A DNA stretch of 64,000 bases from an uncultured Candidatus Binatia bacterium (GCA_965215605.1 OZ244070.1:672001-736000), one strand, 5' to 3'. Positions 37,625 to 47,832 are shown, counted from the stretch's first letter. Translations and numbers: made by a program. The notes: generated by a model not told the origin, from the letters alone.

Positions 37625-38584
37625 TTAGCGGCCTGAAACGAGGGCGGCGAGCAGGTCGATGAACAGCGGATGGTCGTTCACCGCGGGGGCCCGGTAGAAG
37701 TCCATTCCCAGCGCCTCCGCCCGTTGCCGCGCCTCGACGTCGAGGTCGTAGAGCACCTCGACGTGGTCGCAGACGAAGCCGATGGGCACCACCACCACCG
37801 CCCGCTCCCCTGCTCCCGCCAGGGTCTCCATGACGTCGCCCACGTCGGGCTCGAGCCACGGGTCGTTGGGGTTGCCGCTGCGGCTCTGGTAGGCCAGCGT
37901 CCACCGGGGCCGTCCCAGTCTCTGCGCCACCCCTTGGGAAGCCTTCCGAAACTGCGCCGCGTATGGGGAGTCATCGGCCATGGAACGTGGAATGCTGTGG
38001 GCGGTGAAGACGAGATGGGCATCCCGCCGGGCCGGCGGAATCCGGTCGATGGTGGCGGCCACCCGGTCGGTCACCGCCTGCACGTAGAGAGGGTGGTCGG
38101 ACCAGGCGCCCGCGTACTCCACCGCCGGCTCGCCGGCGGCTGTCCGGGCTGCCTCCACGCTATCGAGGTAACGGTCCCATGAGGCCTCCGTCCGGAACGC
38201 GGAGAGGATGATCCCCGACACGCGGCGGCAACCGTCCGCCCGGAGCCCCGCCAGGGCCTGGGCCAGAAAGGGGCGCCAGTTGCGCATGCCGACGTGGACG
38301 GGGACGGCGACGCCCTCCTGCGCGAGCCTGTCGCGCAGCGCCGCCGCCTGCCTGCGGGTGATCTCGTTCAGCGGCGAGCGGCCGCCGATGATCTCATAGT
38401 GCCGCGCCACCTCGTCAAGACGGGACGGCGGTATCCGCCGTCCGGCGGTGACGCGCTCGAGGAACGGCCGGATCTCGTCGGAATTCTCGGGCCCGCCGAA
38501 CGCGATCAGGAGGACCGCGTCAAACACGTCCTTCGCGCGCCCGGGCGCCTGCCTTTTTCCCTGGGGTGATGGATTATGGGCCAT
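37625..38584 (-). CDS. hemH: Ferrochelatase
   Basis: FGGPE, GGRSPL, FTAHSIP, YQSRSG, WLEP, GFVCDHVEVLYDLD. Confidence 0.96.
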   Translation of the reverse strand: MAHNPSPQGKRQAPGRAKDVFDAVLLIAFGGPENSDEIRPFLERVTAGRRIPPSRLDEVARHYEIIGGRSPLNEITRRQAAALRDRLAQEGVAVPVHVGMRNWRPFLAQALAGLRADGCRRVSGIILSAFRTEASWDRYLDSVEAARTAAGEPAVEYAGAWSDHPLYVQAVTDRVAATIDRIPPARRDAHLVFTAHSIPRSMADDSPYAAQFRKASQGVAQRLGRPRWTLAYQSRSGNPNDPWLEPDVGDVMETLAGAGERAVVVVPIGFVCDHVEVLYDLDVEARQRAEALGMDFYRAPAVNDHPLFIDLLAALVSGR

Positions 38585-38604
38585 GGAGTTGATACACTGG
38601 AGTT

Positions 38605-39543
38605 GTGGTTACCATCCACATCCCGTTTCGTCGAGCTTTCCAAGACTGCGGCGGTACCCGCGCCCTGCCCCTGATCCACGGACTGCTGCACCAAGGCGTC
38701 GTTCTGTTGCTGGCCCTGTTCCTCGTTGGCGGCAGCGGCCCTGCCCGCCACGCATCCGCCGCCGACGGCCCGCCGCCTGTCCCCAACGAGAACGGAACCG
38801 CTCGGGACGACGGCGGAGAAGCGGCCAAGGCCGTGGCGCGCGCGGCGGCCCTTTACGGACAGTTCAAGTCCTCGGAAGCCCTGGTCCAGCTCAAGAAGGC
38901 GCTGGCGCTGGCCCCCGACGACCCCGAAGTCCTCGTCTGGACCGCGCGGACCTACATCGACGTGGGCGACATGATCCCCGAGACGGCCCCCGACTGGCAG
39001 AAGACACGCCAGGAGCAGTACCGCATCGCCGAGCGCTACGCGCGCGCGGCGGTCAAGGTCGATCCGAAATCGACGTGGCCTCACTTCTTCCTGGCCGTGG
39101 CATTGGGGAAGGTGGCCGAGTTCTCCGGCGTCAAGAAGCAGATCGCGCTGGCCGGTGACATCCGCAAGGCTACCGACACGGCCATCGCCCTCGATCCCGA
39201 CAACGGCTTTGCCTATCACGTCCTGGGCGTATGGCACCGGCGCATGGCGGAAATCAACCAGGCCGAGCGCCTGGTGGCGAAGTTGTTCCTTCTGGGTTCG
39301 GTCCCGCCCGGGCGCATGGACGACTCCGTCCGCAACCTGAAGAAGGCGATCGAGTACAACCCCGACGTCATCAACCACCACCTGGAGCTGGCAAGGACCT
39401 ACCAAGCCCTCGGCAAGCCGGAACTGGCCCGCCGGCACCTGGAGACCGTCGCCAAGCTACCGATCAAATTCTCCGACGACGCGATACACAAGCGGAAGGC
39501 GCAGCAGTTGCTGCGGGAAATCAGCCGCAACGGAAACGGCTGA
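38605..39543 (+). CDS. Exported TPR protein resembling the RMDN (regulator of microtubule dynamics) TPR domain
   Basis: Signal-like segment; HFFLAVALGK..IALA..I....D.AIALDP...AYHVLG.WH...A.....ER.VAK; start uncertain. Confidence 0.7.
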   Translation: MVTIHIPFRRAFQDCGGTRALPLIHGLLHQGVVLLLALFLVGGSGPARHASAADGPPPVPNENGTARDDGGEAAKAVARAAALYGQFKSSEALVQLKKALALAPDDPEVLVWTARTYIDVGDMIPETAPDWQKTRQEQYRIAERYARAAVKVDPKSTWPHFFLAVALGKVAEFSGVKKQIALAGDIRKATDTAIALDPDNGFAYHVLGVWHRRMAEINQAERLVAKLFLLGSVPPGRMDDSVRNLKKAIEYNPDVINHHLELARTYQALGKPELARRHLETVAKLPIKFSDDAIHKRKAQQLLREISRNGNG

Positions 39544-39574
39544 GGCGAGTGTGGTCAGGGACGGCGCCGCCGGA

Positions 39575-39892
39575 CTACCACTCGATACGGACGCACACCT
39601 CGTCTCCCCTCTCCTCCACGGGCAGAACCGTCAGCGGGTCGCCGCCCTTGGGCAGCACGCATTCTCCGGTGCCGAGATCGAAACAGTAGCCGTGATTGTC
39701 GCAGCGGACCTTCCCCGCCGCGATGACTCCGCCCATGAGATCCGCGCTCTCGTGCGGACAATAGCGCGAGAACGCGAAGTAGCCGCCCTCCATGCGCGTC
39801 AGCACGAGCGCCCGCCCGTTGAGGTCCACGGCCTTCCGCTCTCCGGGCTCCAACTCACCGGCGCGGGCCACCGGAATGTACGTCAATCCCAC
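39575..39892 (-). CDS. Rieske [2Fe-2S] ferredoxin
   Basis: CPH...CDNHG.CFDL.TG; GTG start after AAGGGGG. Confidence 0.9.
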   Translation of the reverse strand: MGLTYIPVARAGELEPGERKAVDLNGRALVLTRMEGGYFAFSRYCPHESADLMGGVIAAGKVRCDNHGYCFDLGTGECVLPKGGDPLTVLPVEERGDEVCVRIEW

Positions 39893-39926
39893 CGGGTCTC
39901 CCCCCTTGTTTCCAGCCCTCAACCAC

Positions 39927-39955
39927 GCAGGGACGGGTTTGAAACCCGCCCCTGC
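39927..39955. repeat. GTAG-family REP-like palindrome
   Basis: GCAGGGACGGGTTTGAAACCCGCCCCTGC. Confidence 0.7.
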
Positions 39956-39999
39956 CCGTATCGAACGACAAGGCTCCCGGGAGCCTGTCCGAGCCGGCG

Positions 40000-41700
40000 C
40001 TACGCGGCCGCCGCTCGGCTCGGGGCATACGCCGAGCCCCGCAGCACCTGGCCCGGGAGCTCGCCGCTGAGACGGCCGTCCTCGTAGATCACGCCGCCGT
40101 TGACGATGGTGTAGTGGATGCCGTCGGAGCGCTGGATCAGGCGCTTGGTGCCGGCCGGGTAGTCCGCCGCCCACTCGGGTTCGTAGGCGCGCACGGTGTC
40201 GGGATCGAACAGGGTCAGATCGGCAGCGTAGCCGGGCCGGATCAGGCCCCTGCCCTCGAGGCCGTACACCGAGGCGACGTGGAAGGTGAGCTTGTGCACC
40301 GCTTCTTCCAGCGTCATGAGGCCGCGCTCCCGGACCCACAAGCCCAGCAAGGTGGTGCCGTAACCGAAGTCGGCGCCGTACATCACGTGGGCGCCGGCAT
40401 CCGAGGTGCCCACCAGCACGTAGGGGCTGCGCAGGATCTCTCCCATGGCCTGCGAGTCGCCGCCGGTGTTGGCGTTCTGGAAGGTGGTCAACAGGCCCTC
40501 GTCCAGCGACAGGTCGAGGAGGGCGTCAACGGGGTGCTGGTTCCGCATGGCCGCCATCTCCGCCACGCTCTTGCCCTCGTAGCGCTTGTTCTCTTCCTTG
40601 ACGACCTTTTCCACCTGCACGATGTCCCAGCGCCGGTGGAAATTGGTCATGCGCTCCGTCTCCAGATCCGCGCGCAGCTTCACGCGCGTGGCCGGGTCGG
40701 AAAAAGCCTGCTGCCGCACTTCCACGGGCAGAAACATGATGTTCTTCCAGTTGGGGAACTCGTCGAAGAGCTGTGCGTTCTGCAGGTTGAAGTGACGGAC
40801 CAGGGGAACCGTCTGGGTGAGACCGTAGGCGCGGTAGCCGTCGCGGAAAATGCGCGACACCGCATCCAACTGTTGCTGCCAGAGCGTGGGCTCGGCCCAA
40901 CGATGGTGGACGCTCTGCCAGATGATCGGCCGCTGCGTACGGCTGGCCAAGTCGTAGTAGGCGTCGAAATGCTCCATCTTGTTGCGGCCGAGAATGGTCT
41001 CGATGATGCCGCTGTTGAGCTCGCCGAGCACGTCGCAAAGGGCGTAGAGCTCGTTGTCGTCCGCGAGCCGGCTGGCCACGGGCTTGCCGTCCTCCCGCAT
41101 GTGCCGCTCGTTGCGGTTGGTGGAGAAGCCCAGGGCGCCCGCATCCATGGCGTCCCGCACCAGGCCCTTCATCTTCTGGACTTCGGGCGCGGTGGCCTTC
41201 CGCTCCACCGACTCCTCGCCCATGACGTTCTGCCGCACCGCGATGTGGCCCACCAGGCCGCCGGCGTTGATGCCGAGCTTGCCCTCCAGGGCATCGAGGT
41301 ACTCACCGTAAGAATGCCAACGCCAGTCAACGCCCTTTTCCAGCGCAAAGCGCGGAATCGCCTCCACCCGCACGAAGCTCTTGACCAAAGCGTCCTCGCC
41401 GCCGTCGCTCACCGGCGCCAGCGCCAGGCCGCAGTTGCCCATGACGATGGAGGTGATGCCGTGCTGCGGCTCGGAGGTGCCGTAGGGATCCCAGAGGATC
41501 TGCGCATCCATGTGGGTATGGTGGTCGATGAAACCTGGAGACACCACCAGCCCGGCGGCGTCGATGGTGCGGCTCGCCGAGCCCTTGAGACGCCCCACCT
41601 CGGCGATCTTGCCGTCCTTCACGGCGACATCCGCCGTGTGGGACGGCAGTCCCGAGCCATCGGCCACGCGCCCGCCGCGTATCAGCAGATCATATTCCAT
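40000..41700 (-). CDS. N-acyl-D-amino-acid deacylase family amidohydrolase
   Basis: PGFIDHHTHMD, MGNCG, SDAGAH, GYAADLTLFDP. Confidence 0.92.
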   Translation of the reverse strand: MEYDLLIRGGRVADGSGLPSHTADVAVKDGKIAEVGRLKGSASRTIDAAGLVVSPGFIDHHTHMDAQILWDPYGTSEPQHGITSIVMGNCGLALAPVSDGGEDALVKSFVRVEAIPRFALEKGVDWRWHSYGEYLDALEGKLGINAGGLVGHIAVRQNVMGEESVERKATAPEVQKMKGLVRDAMDAGALGFSTNRNERHMREDGKPVASRLADDNELYALCDVLGELNSGIIETILGRNKMEHFDAYYDLASRTQRPIIWQSVHHRWAEPTLWQQQLDAVSRIFRDGYRAYGLTQTVPLVRHFNLQNAQLFDEFPNWKNIMFLPVEVRQQAFSDPATRVKLRADLETERMTNFHRRWDIVQVEKVVKEENKRYEGKSVAEMAAMRNQHPVDALLDLSLDEGLLTTFQNANTGGDSQAMGEILRSPYVLVGTSDAGAHVMYGADFGYGTTLLGLWVRERGLMTLEEAVHKLTFHVASVYGLEGRGLIRPGYAADLTLFDPDTVRAYEPEWAADYPAGTKRLIQRSDGIHYTIVNGGVIYEDGRLSGELPGQVLRGSAYAPSRAAAA

Positions 41701-41884
41701 GGACCAGTCCTCCTTCGTCGCAACGCCCGGGACGGAACGGGCGGACCGGGCATCCGCCGTGACCTTCCTTCGCGGAAAGCAGCATATTGAATCGCATGCG
41801 CGAGTGCAACCATTTCATGCTGTACCGCCTTGGGAAGAAGGATGCAGCGCGTTCTTGACGAACTCAATTAATGTACGTACATAA

Positions 41885-42003
41885 ATGAGGTGGACGGGGC
41901 CATGGTGGCGGTTGTCTGGACGCTCCGCGGCGACGCCCGCCGGATCATCGGCATGAGGAAGGCCAATGAACGGGAAAGAGAACTTTACTGCCCGCGATTT
42001 TGA
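41885..42003 (+). pseudogene. brnT: BrnT toxin remnant (N-terminal/central part deleted)
   Basis: MVAVVWTLRGDARRIIGMRKANERE is the BrnT C-terminus; the ATG at 41885 is out of frame; palindrome ATGTACGTACAT at 41871-41882. Confidence 0.8.
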
Positions 42004-42223
42004 TCCGGATGCCGCACCGGATCTGGCCCGCGGCGGGTGGCCGGAGAAGTTCGCAAGGGCCACGGTGCGCCGCGGGCGACCGCCGGTAGCGAGACCCAAA
42101 ACGGCGATCACGATCCGGCTGTCGGCGAATGTCCTCGACCATTTCAAGGCGGACGGTCCTGGATGGCAGACGCGGATCGATCAAGCGCTTCAGGAATGGG
42201 TCGCGACACATCGCCGCACCTGA
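41966..42223 (+). CDS. brnA: BrnA antitoxin
   Basis: RRGRPP..RPK..ITIRLS..VLDHFKA.GPGWQTRIDQAL. Confidence 0.92.
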   Translation: MNGKENFTARDFDPDAAPDLARGGWPEKFARATVRRGRPPVARPKTAITIRLSANVLDHFKADGPGWQTRIDQALQEWVATHRRT

Positions 42224-42302
42224 TCCTCTCGATCGGCCGCACTTTCCAGCCGGCATCGCCTGCCCGATGGCGGCGCCACCAATACAACCAACAGGAGCAA
42301 CC

Positions 42303-44519
42303 ATGGATCTCAAGGTCGTAGGGCAACCGGTAGGACGCGTGGAGGGTCCGGACAAGGTTTCGGGCACGATGGTTTACACGGCTGACGTGGCGGCGCCGGA
42401 GGCGTTGTGGGGCAAGTGCCTGCGCAGCACCATGGCCCACGCCCGGCTGGCTTGGGTGGACGCATCCCGGGCCCGGCAGGTTCCGGGGGTCCACGCGGTG
42501 CTGACGGGGGCGGACGTCCCGGACGTGCGCGTGGGCATCAGCCTTCAGGACCTGCCGGTGCTGACGCGCGACAAGGTGCGCTTCATCGGCGACAAGATCG
42601 CGGCGGTGGCGGCGGAGACCCTCGAAGCGGCCGAGGAGGCGCTGGCGCTCATCGAGGTGGAGTACGCGGAGCTGCCCGCCGTGGCCGGCATCGAAGAAGC
42701 CCTGGCGGACGGCGCCCCGGCGATCCACGAGCAACTCGCCGGCTATGCCGGCGTGCCCAGCCGCCCGGAGCACCAGCCCAACGCCCTGTCCCTCAAGGAA
42801 CACACCGCCGGCGACGTGGCGCAGGGAATGGCGGCCGCCGAAGTCGTCGTCGAGCACACCTTCCGCACGCCCGGCGTGCACCAGGTGTACCTCGAACCCC
42901 ACGCCACCGTGGTATCGGCCGCCGACCCGGGCCGCACCGACGTGTGGGCGTCGTGCAAGGCGCCGTTCCGGCTCAAGCAGATGCTGGCCGCGCAGCTCGA
43001 TCTCGAAGAGAAGCACATCCACGTCCACGGCGTCGCCTTGGGCGGCGACTTCGGCGGCAAGGGCTCCCAGATGGACGTGCCGGTCTGCTACTACCTCTCC
43101 AGGGCCGCGGGCCGCCCGGTGAAGATGGTGATGAACTACACCGAGGAACTCATGGCCGGCGACCCGCGCCACCCCTCGGTCATGCGCGTCAAGCTCGGGG
43201 CCAGGCGGGACGGAACCCTGGTGGCCCTGGACAGCGACATCTACTTCGACAGCGGCGCCTACTCGGGCTTCAAGCCGTCCGAGATCGACGGCACCTTCAT
43301 CGTCAACGCCTACCGGATCGCCCACTACGCCATCCGCACCTACAACGTCTACACCAACGGCGTGCCCGGCGGTTACATGAAGTCGCCGGGGCAGCCGCAG
43401 ACCGTGTTCGCCATCGAGTCGCTGCTGGACATGCTGGCGCGGAAACTCGGGATGGACCCGGTGGCGCTTCGCCTCAAGAACCTGATGCAGGACGGCGACG
43501 AGCTGCCCAACAAGCGCGCCATGCAGAAGATCCGCTGCCGCGAGACCGTCGAGGCCGCCCTGAAGGCGGCGGGATGGGACACGGAGCCGGCCGGGCCGGA
43601 CACCGGCCGAGGCATGGCCCTGTCCTTCCGCCACACCGGCGGCAGCGGCACGGTCAACCTGGAGATCACTTGCGACGCCGGCGGCGAGGTTACGGTGCTC
43701 ACCGCCATCCCCGACATCGGCACCGGCACGCATACGTTGCTGCGCCAGATCACCGCGGAGATGCTGACCCTGCCGGCGGACCGGGTCCAGGTGGCGCGCG
43801 GCGACACCGACACCTTCGACACCGACGCCGAGCCCGGCGGCAGCAAGATCACCGCCATGGTGGGGCGCGGCCTGGTGGAAGCGGTGGAGGAGCTTCGCGA
43901 CCGGATGACGGAGGCCGCCGCCCAGGCGCTCGGCTGCAAGCCCGAGGCGGTGACCCTGGCGGACGGCCGCTTCAGCGCCAACGGCGCGGCCCTGGCGTTC
44001 GCCGACGTGGCCGAGAAGCTCATCGCCGAGGAGCAGGCGCTTTCGGTTCGCAAGTCCTACCGGCCCGAGCGCTCCCCGGTGCCTGCCTTTTTCGTCCAGG
44101 TGGCGGAGGTCGAGGTGGACCGGGAAACCGGCACCGTGGACGTGAAGAAGGTGGTGACGGCCCACGACGTCGGCACCGTCATCAACCCGTTGGGCCACCA
44201 GGGCCAGATCGACGGTGGCTTCGTACAGGGCCTGGGCTACGCGGTGATGGAGGAGATGGTCAAGGACGGGCCGCGGGTCACCACCCTCAATCTCGGCGAC
44301 TACTGCGTGCCGTGCGTCAAGGACCTGCCGCCGCTGGAGACCGTGCTCGTGGAGGACCAGACCGGACCCGGCCCCTACAACGCCAAGGCCATCGGCGAGA
44401 TGAGCATCGTGCCCACGGCCCCGGCCATCGCCAACGCGGTGGAAGCGGCGGTGGGGGTACGCATCCTGGACCTGCCCATCACCGCGGAGAAGGTGTTCAA
44501 CGCCCTGCGGGAGGGGTGA
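42303..44519 (+). CDS. Xanthine dehydrogenase family molybdopterin-binding subunit (CoxL-like, not a CO dehydrogenase)
   Basis: KVSG...Y..D, HQVYLEPH, GGDFGGK, GQIDGG..QGLG, AKAIGE. Confidence 0.92.
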   Translation: MDLKVVGQPVGRVEGPDKVSGTMVYTADVAAPEALWGKCLRSTMAHARLAWVDASRARQVPGVHAVLTGADVPDVRVGISLQDLPVLTRDKVRFIGDKIAAVAAETLEAAEEALALIEVEYAELPAVAGIEEALADGAPAIHEQLAGYAGVPSRPEHQPNALSLKEHTAGDVAQGMAAAEVVVEHTFRTPGVHQVYLEPHATVVSAADPGRTDVWASCKAPFRLKQMLAAQLDLEEKHIHVHGVALGGDFGGKGSQMDVPVCYYLSRAAGRPVKMVMNYTEELMAGDPRHPSVMRVKLGARRDGTLVALDSDIYFDSGAYSGFKPSEIDGTFIVNAYRIAHYAIRTYNVYTNGVPGGYMKSPGQPQTVFAIESLLDMLARKLGMDPVALRLKNLMQDGDELPNKRAMQKIRCRETVEAALKAAGWDTEPAGPDTGRGMALSFRHTGGSGTVNLEITCDAGGEVTVLTAIPDIGTGTHTLLRQITAEMLTLPADRVQVARGDTDTFDTDAEPGGSKITAMVGRGLVEAVEELRDRMTEAAAQALGCKPEAVTLADGRFSANGAALAFADVAEKLIAEEQALSVRKSYRPERSPVPAFFVQVAEVEVDRETGTVDVKKVVTAHDVGTVINPLGHQGQIDGGFVQGLGYAVMEEMVKDGPRVTTLNLGDYCVPCVKDLPPLETVLVEDQTGPGPYNAKAIGEMSIVPTAPAIANAVEAAVGVRILDLPITAEKVFNALREG

Positions 44520-44523
44520 CCCG

Positions 44524-45171
44524 TCAGGACTTGGGCCAGGACCTGATCTGGGACTCGGGGCGCAGCCTGCTCTTGTCGTAGGTTTCCCAGTGGACGAAGT
44601 CGTCCACCTTGCGGCGCGGCTTGGGCTTGGGCCGGGCGCGCGGGGTCCCCACCGGCATCACCCAGAGCAGGCGTAGCGAGCGCGGCACCTTGAACAGCGC
44701 GCGCAACTCCGGCTCCACCTCCCTGCGAACCGAGACCCACACCGTGCCGAAGCCCATGCTCGCCGCCGCCAGCATCATGTGTTCCACCGCGTTGGCCACG
44801 TTGGCCTGGAACAGCTTCTCCCGGTCCGCGGGCTGGCGCGTGGTGAGGTAGACCCGCTTGGTGCGCGCGTCGCCGCAGACGAGGACGAGCGCGCTCACGT
44901 CGCCCACGTAGTCCTTCTTCAGCCCCTTGTAATGCACCGGGTCTTCGAGCTTGCGCTGCTTCCACTCGTTGGAATAGATCTCCCGCACCCGCCGCATCTT
45001 CGCCCGGTCGCGCGTCACGACGAACTCCCAGGGCTGGCTGTTGGCGCCGGATGGCGCCAGCCGGGCCGCCTCGAACATGAGCTCAAGCTGCCCGTCGGTA
45101 ATCTGCCCGCTCCTGTACACGCGGACGCTGCGCCGTGTCGCCATCACCTCCAACAATTCCCCTGCGTCCAT
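44524..45171 (-). CDS. Nitroreductase family protein
   Basis: RRSVRVY, APSGANSQPWEFVV, LAAASMGFGTVW. Confidence 0.9.
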   Translation of the reverse strand: MDAGELLEVMATRRSVRVYRSGQITDGQLELMFEAARLAPSGANSQPWEFVVTRDRAKMRRVREIYSNEWKQRKLEDPVHYKGLKKDYVGDVSALVLVCGDARTKRVYLTTRQPADREKLFQANVANAVEHMMLAAASMGFGTVWVSVRREVEPELRALFKVPRSLRLLWVMPVGTPRARPKPKPRRKVDDFVHWETYDKSRLRPESQIRSWPKS

Positions 45172-45266
45172 GTCTGTCCCCCCTTGCAGCCCCTTCCTAT
45201 CCCATGGCAGCCGCCGCACACAAATTGGCATCCTTCGCCACCCTGTGGTAGTTGTCCCGCAGGACC

Positions 45267-46118
45267 ATGGTCAAGACCGTCGGAATCGTCGCCAAGTACG
45301 GGGAGGAAAAGGCCGAGCAGATCATGAGAACCACCATACCGTGGCTCGAGGGCCGCGGCATGGAGGTGCTGGTGGAAGCCGAGTTCGGCACCACCGGGGG
45401 CCGGGTGGCGCTCAAGGCGGAGATGGCGGCCCGGGCCGATCTCATCATCGTCCTGGGAGGAGACGGTACGCTGCTGAGCATCGCCCGTCTGGTGGAGCGG
45501 CCCGAAGTGCCCATCGTCGGCGTGAACCTGGGCGGGCTCGGCTTCATCACCGAGATCGCCCTCGACGAACTGGAGGAGGTCCTCGACAGCACCATCTCCG
45601 GAAACTACACCATCGAGAAACGGATGACCCTGAACGTGAGCATCTCGGGCAAGGCCGGCTCGCAGCACTTGAGAATACTCAACGAGGCGGTCATCACCAA
45701 GGGCGCCCGTTCGAAAATCATCGACCTGGAGACCTACGTCGGCAGCGACTACCTTTGCACCTACCGGGCCGACGGCCTGATCATCTCCACGCCCACCGGC
45801 TCCACCGCCTACTCGCTCGCGGCCGGCGGTCCGATTCTCCATCCCGCCATGGGAGCCATCATCCTTTGCCCCATCTGCCCCCACACCCTTACCACCAACC
45901 GGCCCATCGTCATCGCCAGCGACGCCAGGATCCGGTCCACGCTGGCGTCCGCCGGCGACACGGTGGTGCTGATCCCGGACGGTCAGGAGGGCATCCTCCT
46001 GCACAACGGCGACCGCGTGGAAGTGCGCCGCCACAAGTCGCCGGTTTCATTGGTGAGGATACCCACCCGATCCTACTTCGACGTGCTCCGCAACAAGCTC
46101 AAGTGGGGCGAGCGGTAA
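45267..46118 (+). CDS. nadK: NAD kinase
   Basis: LGGDGT, NE, DGLIISTPTGSTAYSLAAGGP. Confidence 0.96.
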   Translation: MVKTVGIVAKYGEEKAEQIMRTTIPWLEGRGMEVLVEAEFGTTGGRVALKAEMAARADLIIVLGGDGTLLSIARLVERPEVPIVGVNLGGLGFITEIALDELEEVLDSTISGNYTIEKRMTLNVSISGKAGSQHLRILNEAVITKGARSKIIDLETYVGSDYLCTYRADGLIISTPTGSTAYSLAAGGPILHPAMGAIILCPICPHTLTTNRPIVIASDARIRSTLASAGDTVVLIPDGQEGILLHNGDRVEVRRHKSPVSLVRIPTRSYFDVLRNKLKWGER

Positions 46119-46125
46119 GACGCCG

Positions 46126-47832
46126 ATGCTGCAGCAACTCCGGATCAGCAACGTCGCCGTCATCGATAGCGCCGAACTGGAGCTGGGGCCGGGACTGAAC
46201 GTCCTCACGGGAGAGACCGGGGCGGGGAAGACCATCGTGCTGTCCGCCCTGGGGCTCATCCTCGGAGCCCGCGGCTCGTCCGACCTCATTCGCGAAGGAG
46301 AGGACGAGGCCATCGTGGAGGCCCTGTTCTCGGACCTGCCCGCGGCCACCCACGACGCCCTGGCGGCGGCCGATTGCAATGCCGACGACGAGCTGGTGTT
46401 GAAGCGGGCGGTCACCCGCGGCGGCCGGAACCGAATCTACCTCAACGGGAGCCTGAGCCCCCGGTCCGTCCTGTCCAAGGTCGGCCCCGGCCTCATCCAC
46501 ATCTACGGGCAGCATGAGCAGCACACCCTGCTCCGCACCGAGAGCCACCTGGGGCTGCTGGACGCACACGGGGATCTTGCGGAGAAGGCCGGGGCCATGA
46601 AGCAGCGGTTCGGTGAGTTCGCGACGGCGTGGAAACGGATGTGCGGTCTCAGGGAGATGCTGGCGGACAAGGCCCGGGAGGAAGCCCTCCTGCGCGCGCA
46701 GCTCGAGGAGATCGAGGATGCCAGGCTCGATCCCGAAGAAGAAGGGACGCTGCTGCACCGGCGCGACATCTTCTCCCATTCCGAGAAGCTCTACCAGACC
46801 TGCAAGGAGGGCGAATCGATCCTCTACGAAAGCGACAACGCCGTGGCCGGCGAGATGGGCCGATACCTCCCGCGGCTTCGGGACATGGCGGCCATCGACC
46901 CGACCCTGGCCGAGGCCGTGACGCTGCTGGAAGGGTCGGCCGCGCAACTGGACGAAGCCATCGCCCTGATCCGCCAATACTCGGACCGGCTGCAGTTCGA
47001 CCCGGGAGAATTGGAACACATCGAGGAACGCTTGGCGGAGATCCACCGGCTGAAGCGAAAATACCGGATGCCGGTTGAGGAGATCCTGGCCCTGGCGGAG
47101 ACGGCGCGGCAAGAGCTGGCGTTACTCGAAACCGGCGAGGAAGAGCTTGCCGTCCTCACGGAAGGATTCGAGACCGTGCGGGATGCGGCATGGAAGATGG
47201 CGAAGGAGCTGTCCCGGGCGCGGAAGCGCGCCGCCAAGGCCCTGAAGAGCGGGATGGAGCGCGAGGTCCGCGATATCGGCCTCTCCGGAGCCACCTTCGA
47301 GGTGCGTTTCCACGACGGCGACCCGGCCCGGGACGTCCCTCCTTTCGTCATGGGAGGCGTTCGGATCGGCGAGGAAGGCGTCGACCACCCCGAGTTCTAC
47401 TTCTCTCCGAACCCGGGAGAATCCGCGAGGCCGCTGGCCCGGATCGCCTCCGGCGGCGAACTGTCGCGGCTCATGCTGGCGATCAAATCGCTGGTTCTGA
47501 CCCGGAGCGGGATTCCCACCCTGTTGTTCGACGAGGTCGACGCCGGCATCGGCGGCAGGGTGGCCGAGATGGTGGGAAAGAAGCTGGCCGCGGTGGCCGA
47601 GGCCCATCAAGTGCTGTGCGTCACCCACCTGGCCCCCATCGCCGCCCTGGCGGACTCCCACCACGTGGTGGAGAAACAGGTGCGGGGCGGCCGGACCTTC
47701 ACCACCGTCCGCCGGCTCGACGATACGGAGCGCATCCGGGAACTGGCGCGCATGCTCGGGGGTGCCGAGATCACCGCGCAGGCAGAACGCCACGCGGCCG
47801 AGATGCTCAGAACCCATGGCGCCGGCCGGTAG
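46126..47832 (+). CDS. recN: DNA repair protein RecN
   Basis: TGETGAGK, GQHEQ, ASGGELSR, FDEVDAG, VTHL. Confidence 0.97.
   Translation: MLQQLRISNVAVIDSAELELGPGLNVLTGETGAGKTIVLSALGLILGARGSSDLIREGEDEAIVEALFSDLPAATHDALAAADCNADDELVLKRAVTRGGRNRIYLNGSLSPRSVLSKVGPGLIHIYGQHEQHTLLRTESHLGLLDAHGDLAEKAGAMKQRFGEFATAWKRMCGLREMLADKAREEALLRAQLEEIEDARLDPEEEGTLLHRRDIFSHSEKLYQTCKEGESILYESDNAVAGEMGRYLPRLRDMAAIDPTLAEAVTLLEGSAAQLDEAIALIRQYSDRLQFDPGELEHIEERLAEIHRLKRKYRMPVEEILALAETARQELALLETGEEELAVLTEGFETVRDAAWKMAKELSRARKRAAKALKSGMEREVRDIGLSGATFEVRFHDGDPARDVPPFVMGGVRIGEEGVDHPEFYFSPNPGESARPLARIASGGELSRLMLAIKSLVLTRSGIPTLLFDEVDAGIGGRVAEMVGKKLAAVAEAHQVLCVTHLAPIAALADSHHVVEKQVRGGRTFTTVRRLDDTERIRELARMLGGAEITAQAERHAAEMLRTHGAGR

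Noticed and set aside
42303-44519. Aerobic CO dehydrogenase
   Set aside because: Lacks the AYxCSFR active-site motif and coxMS neighbours
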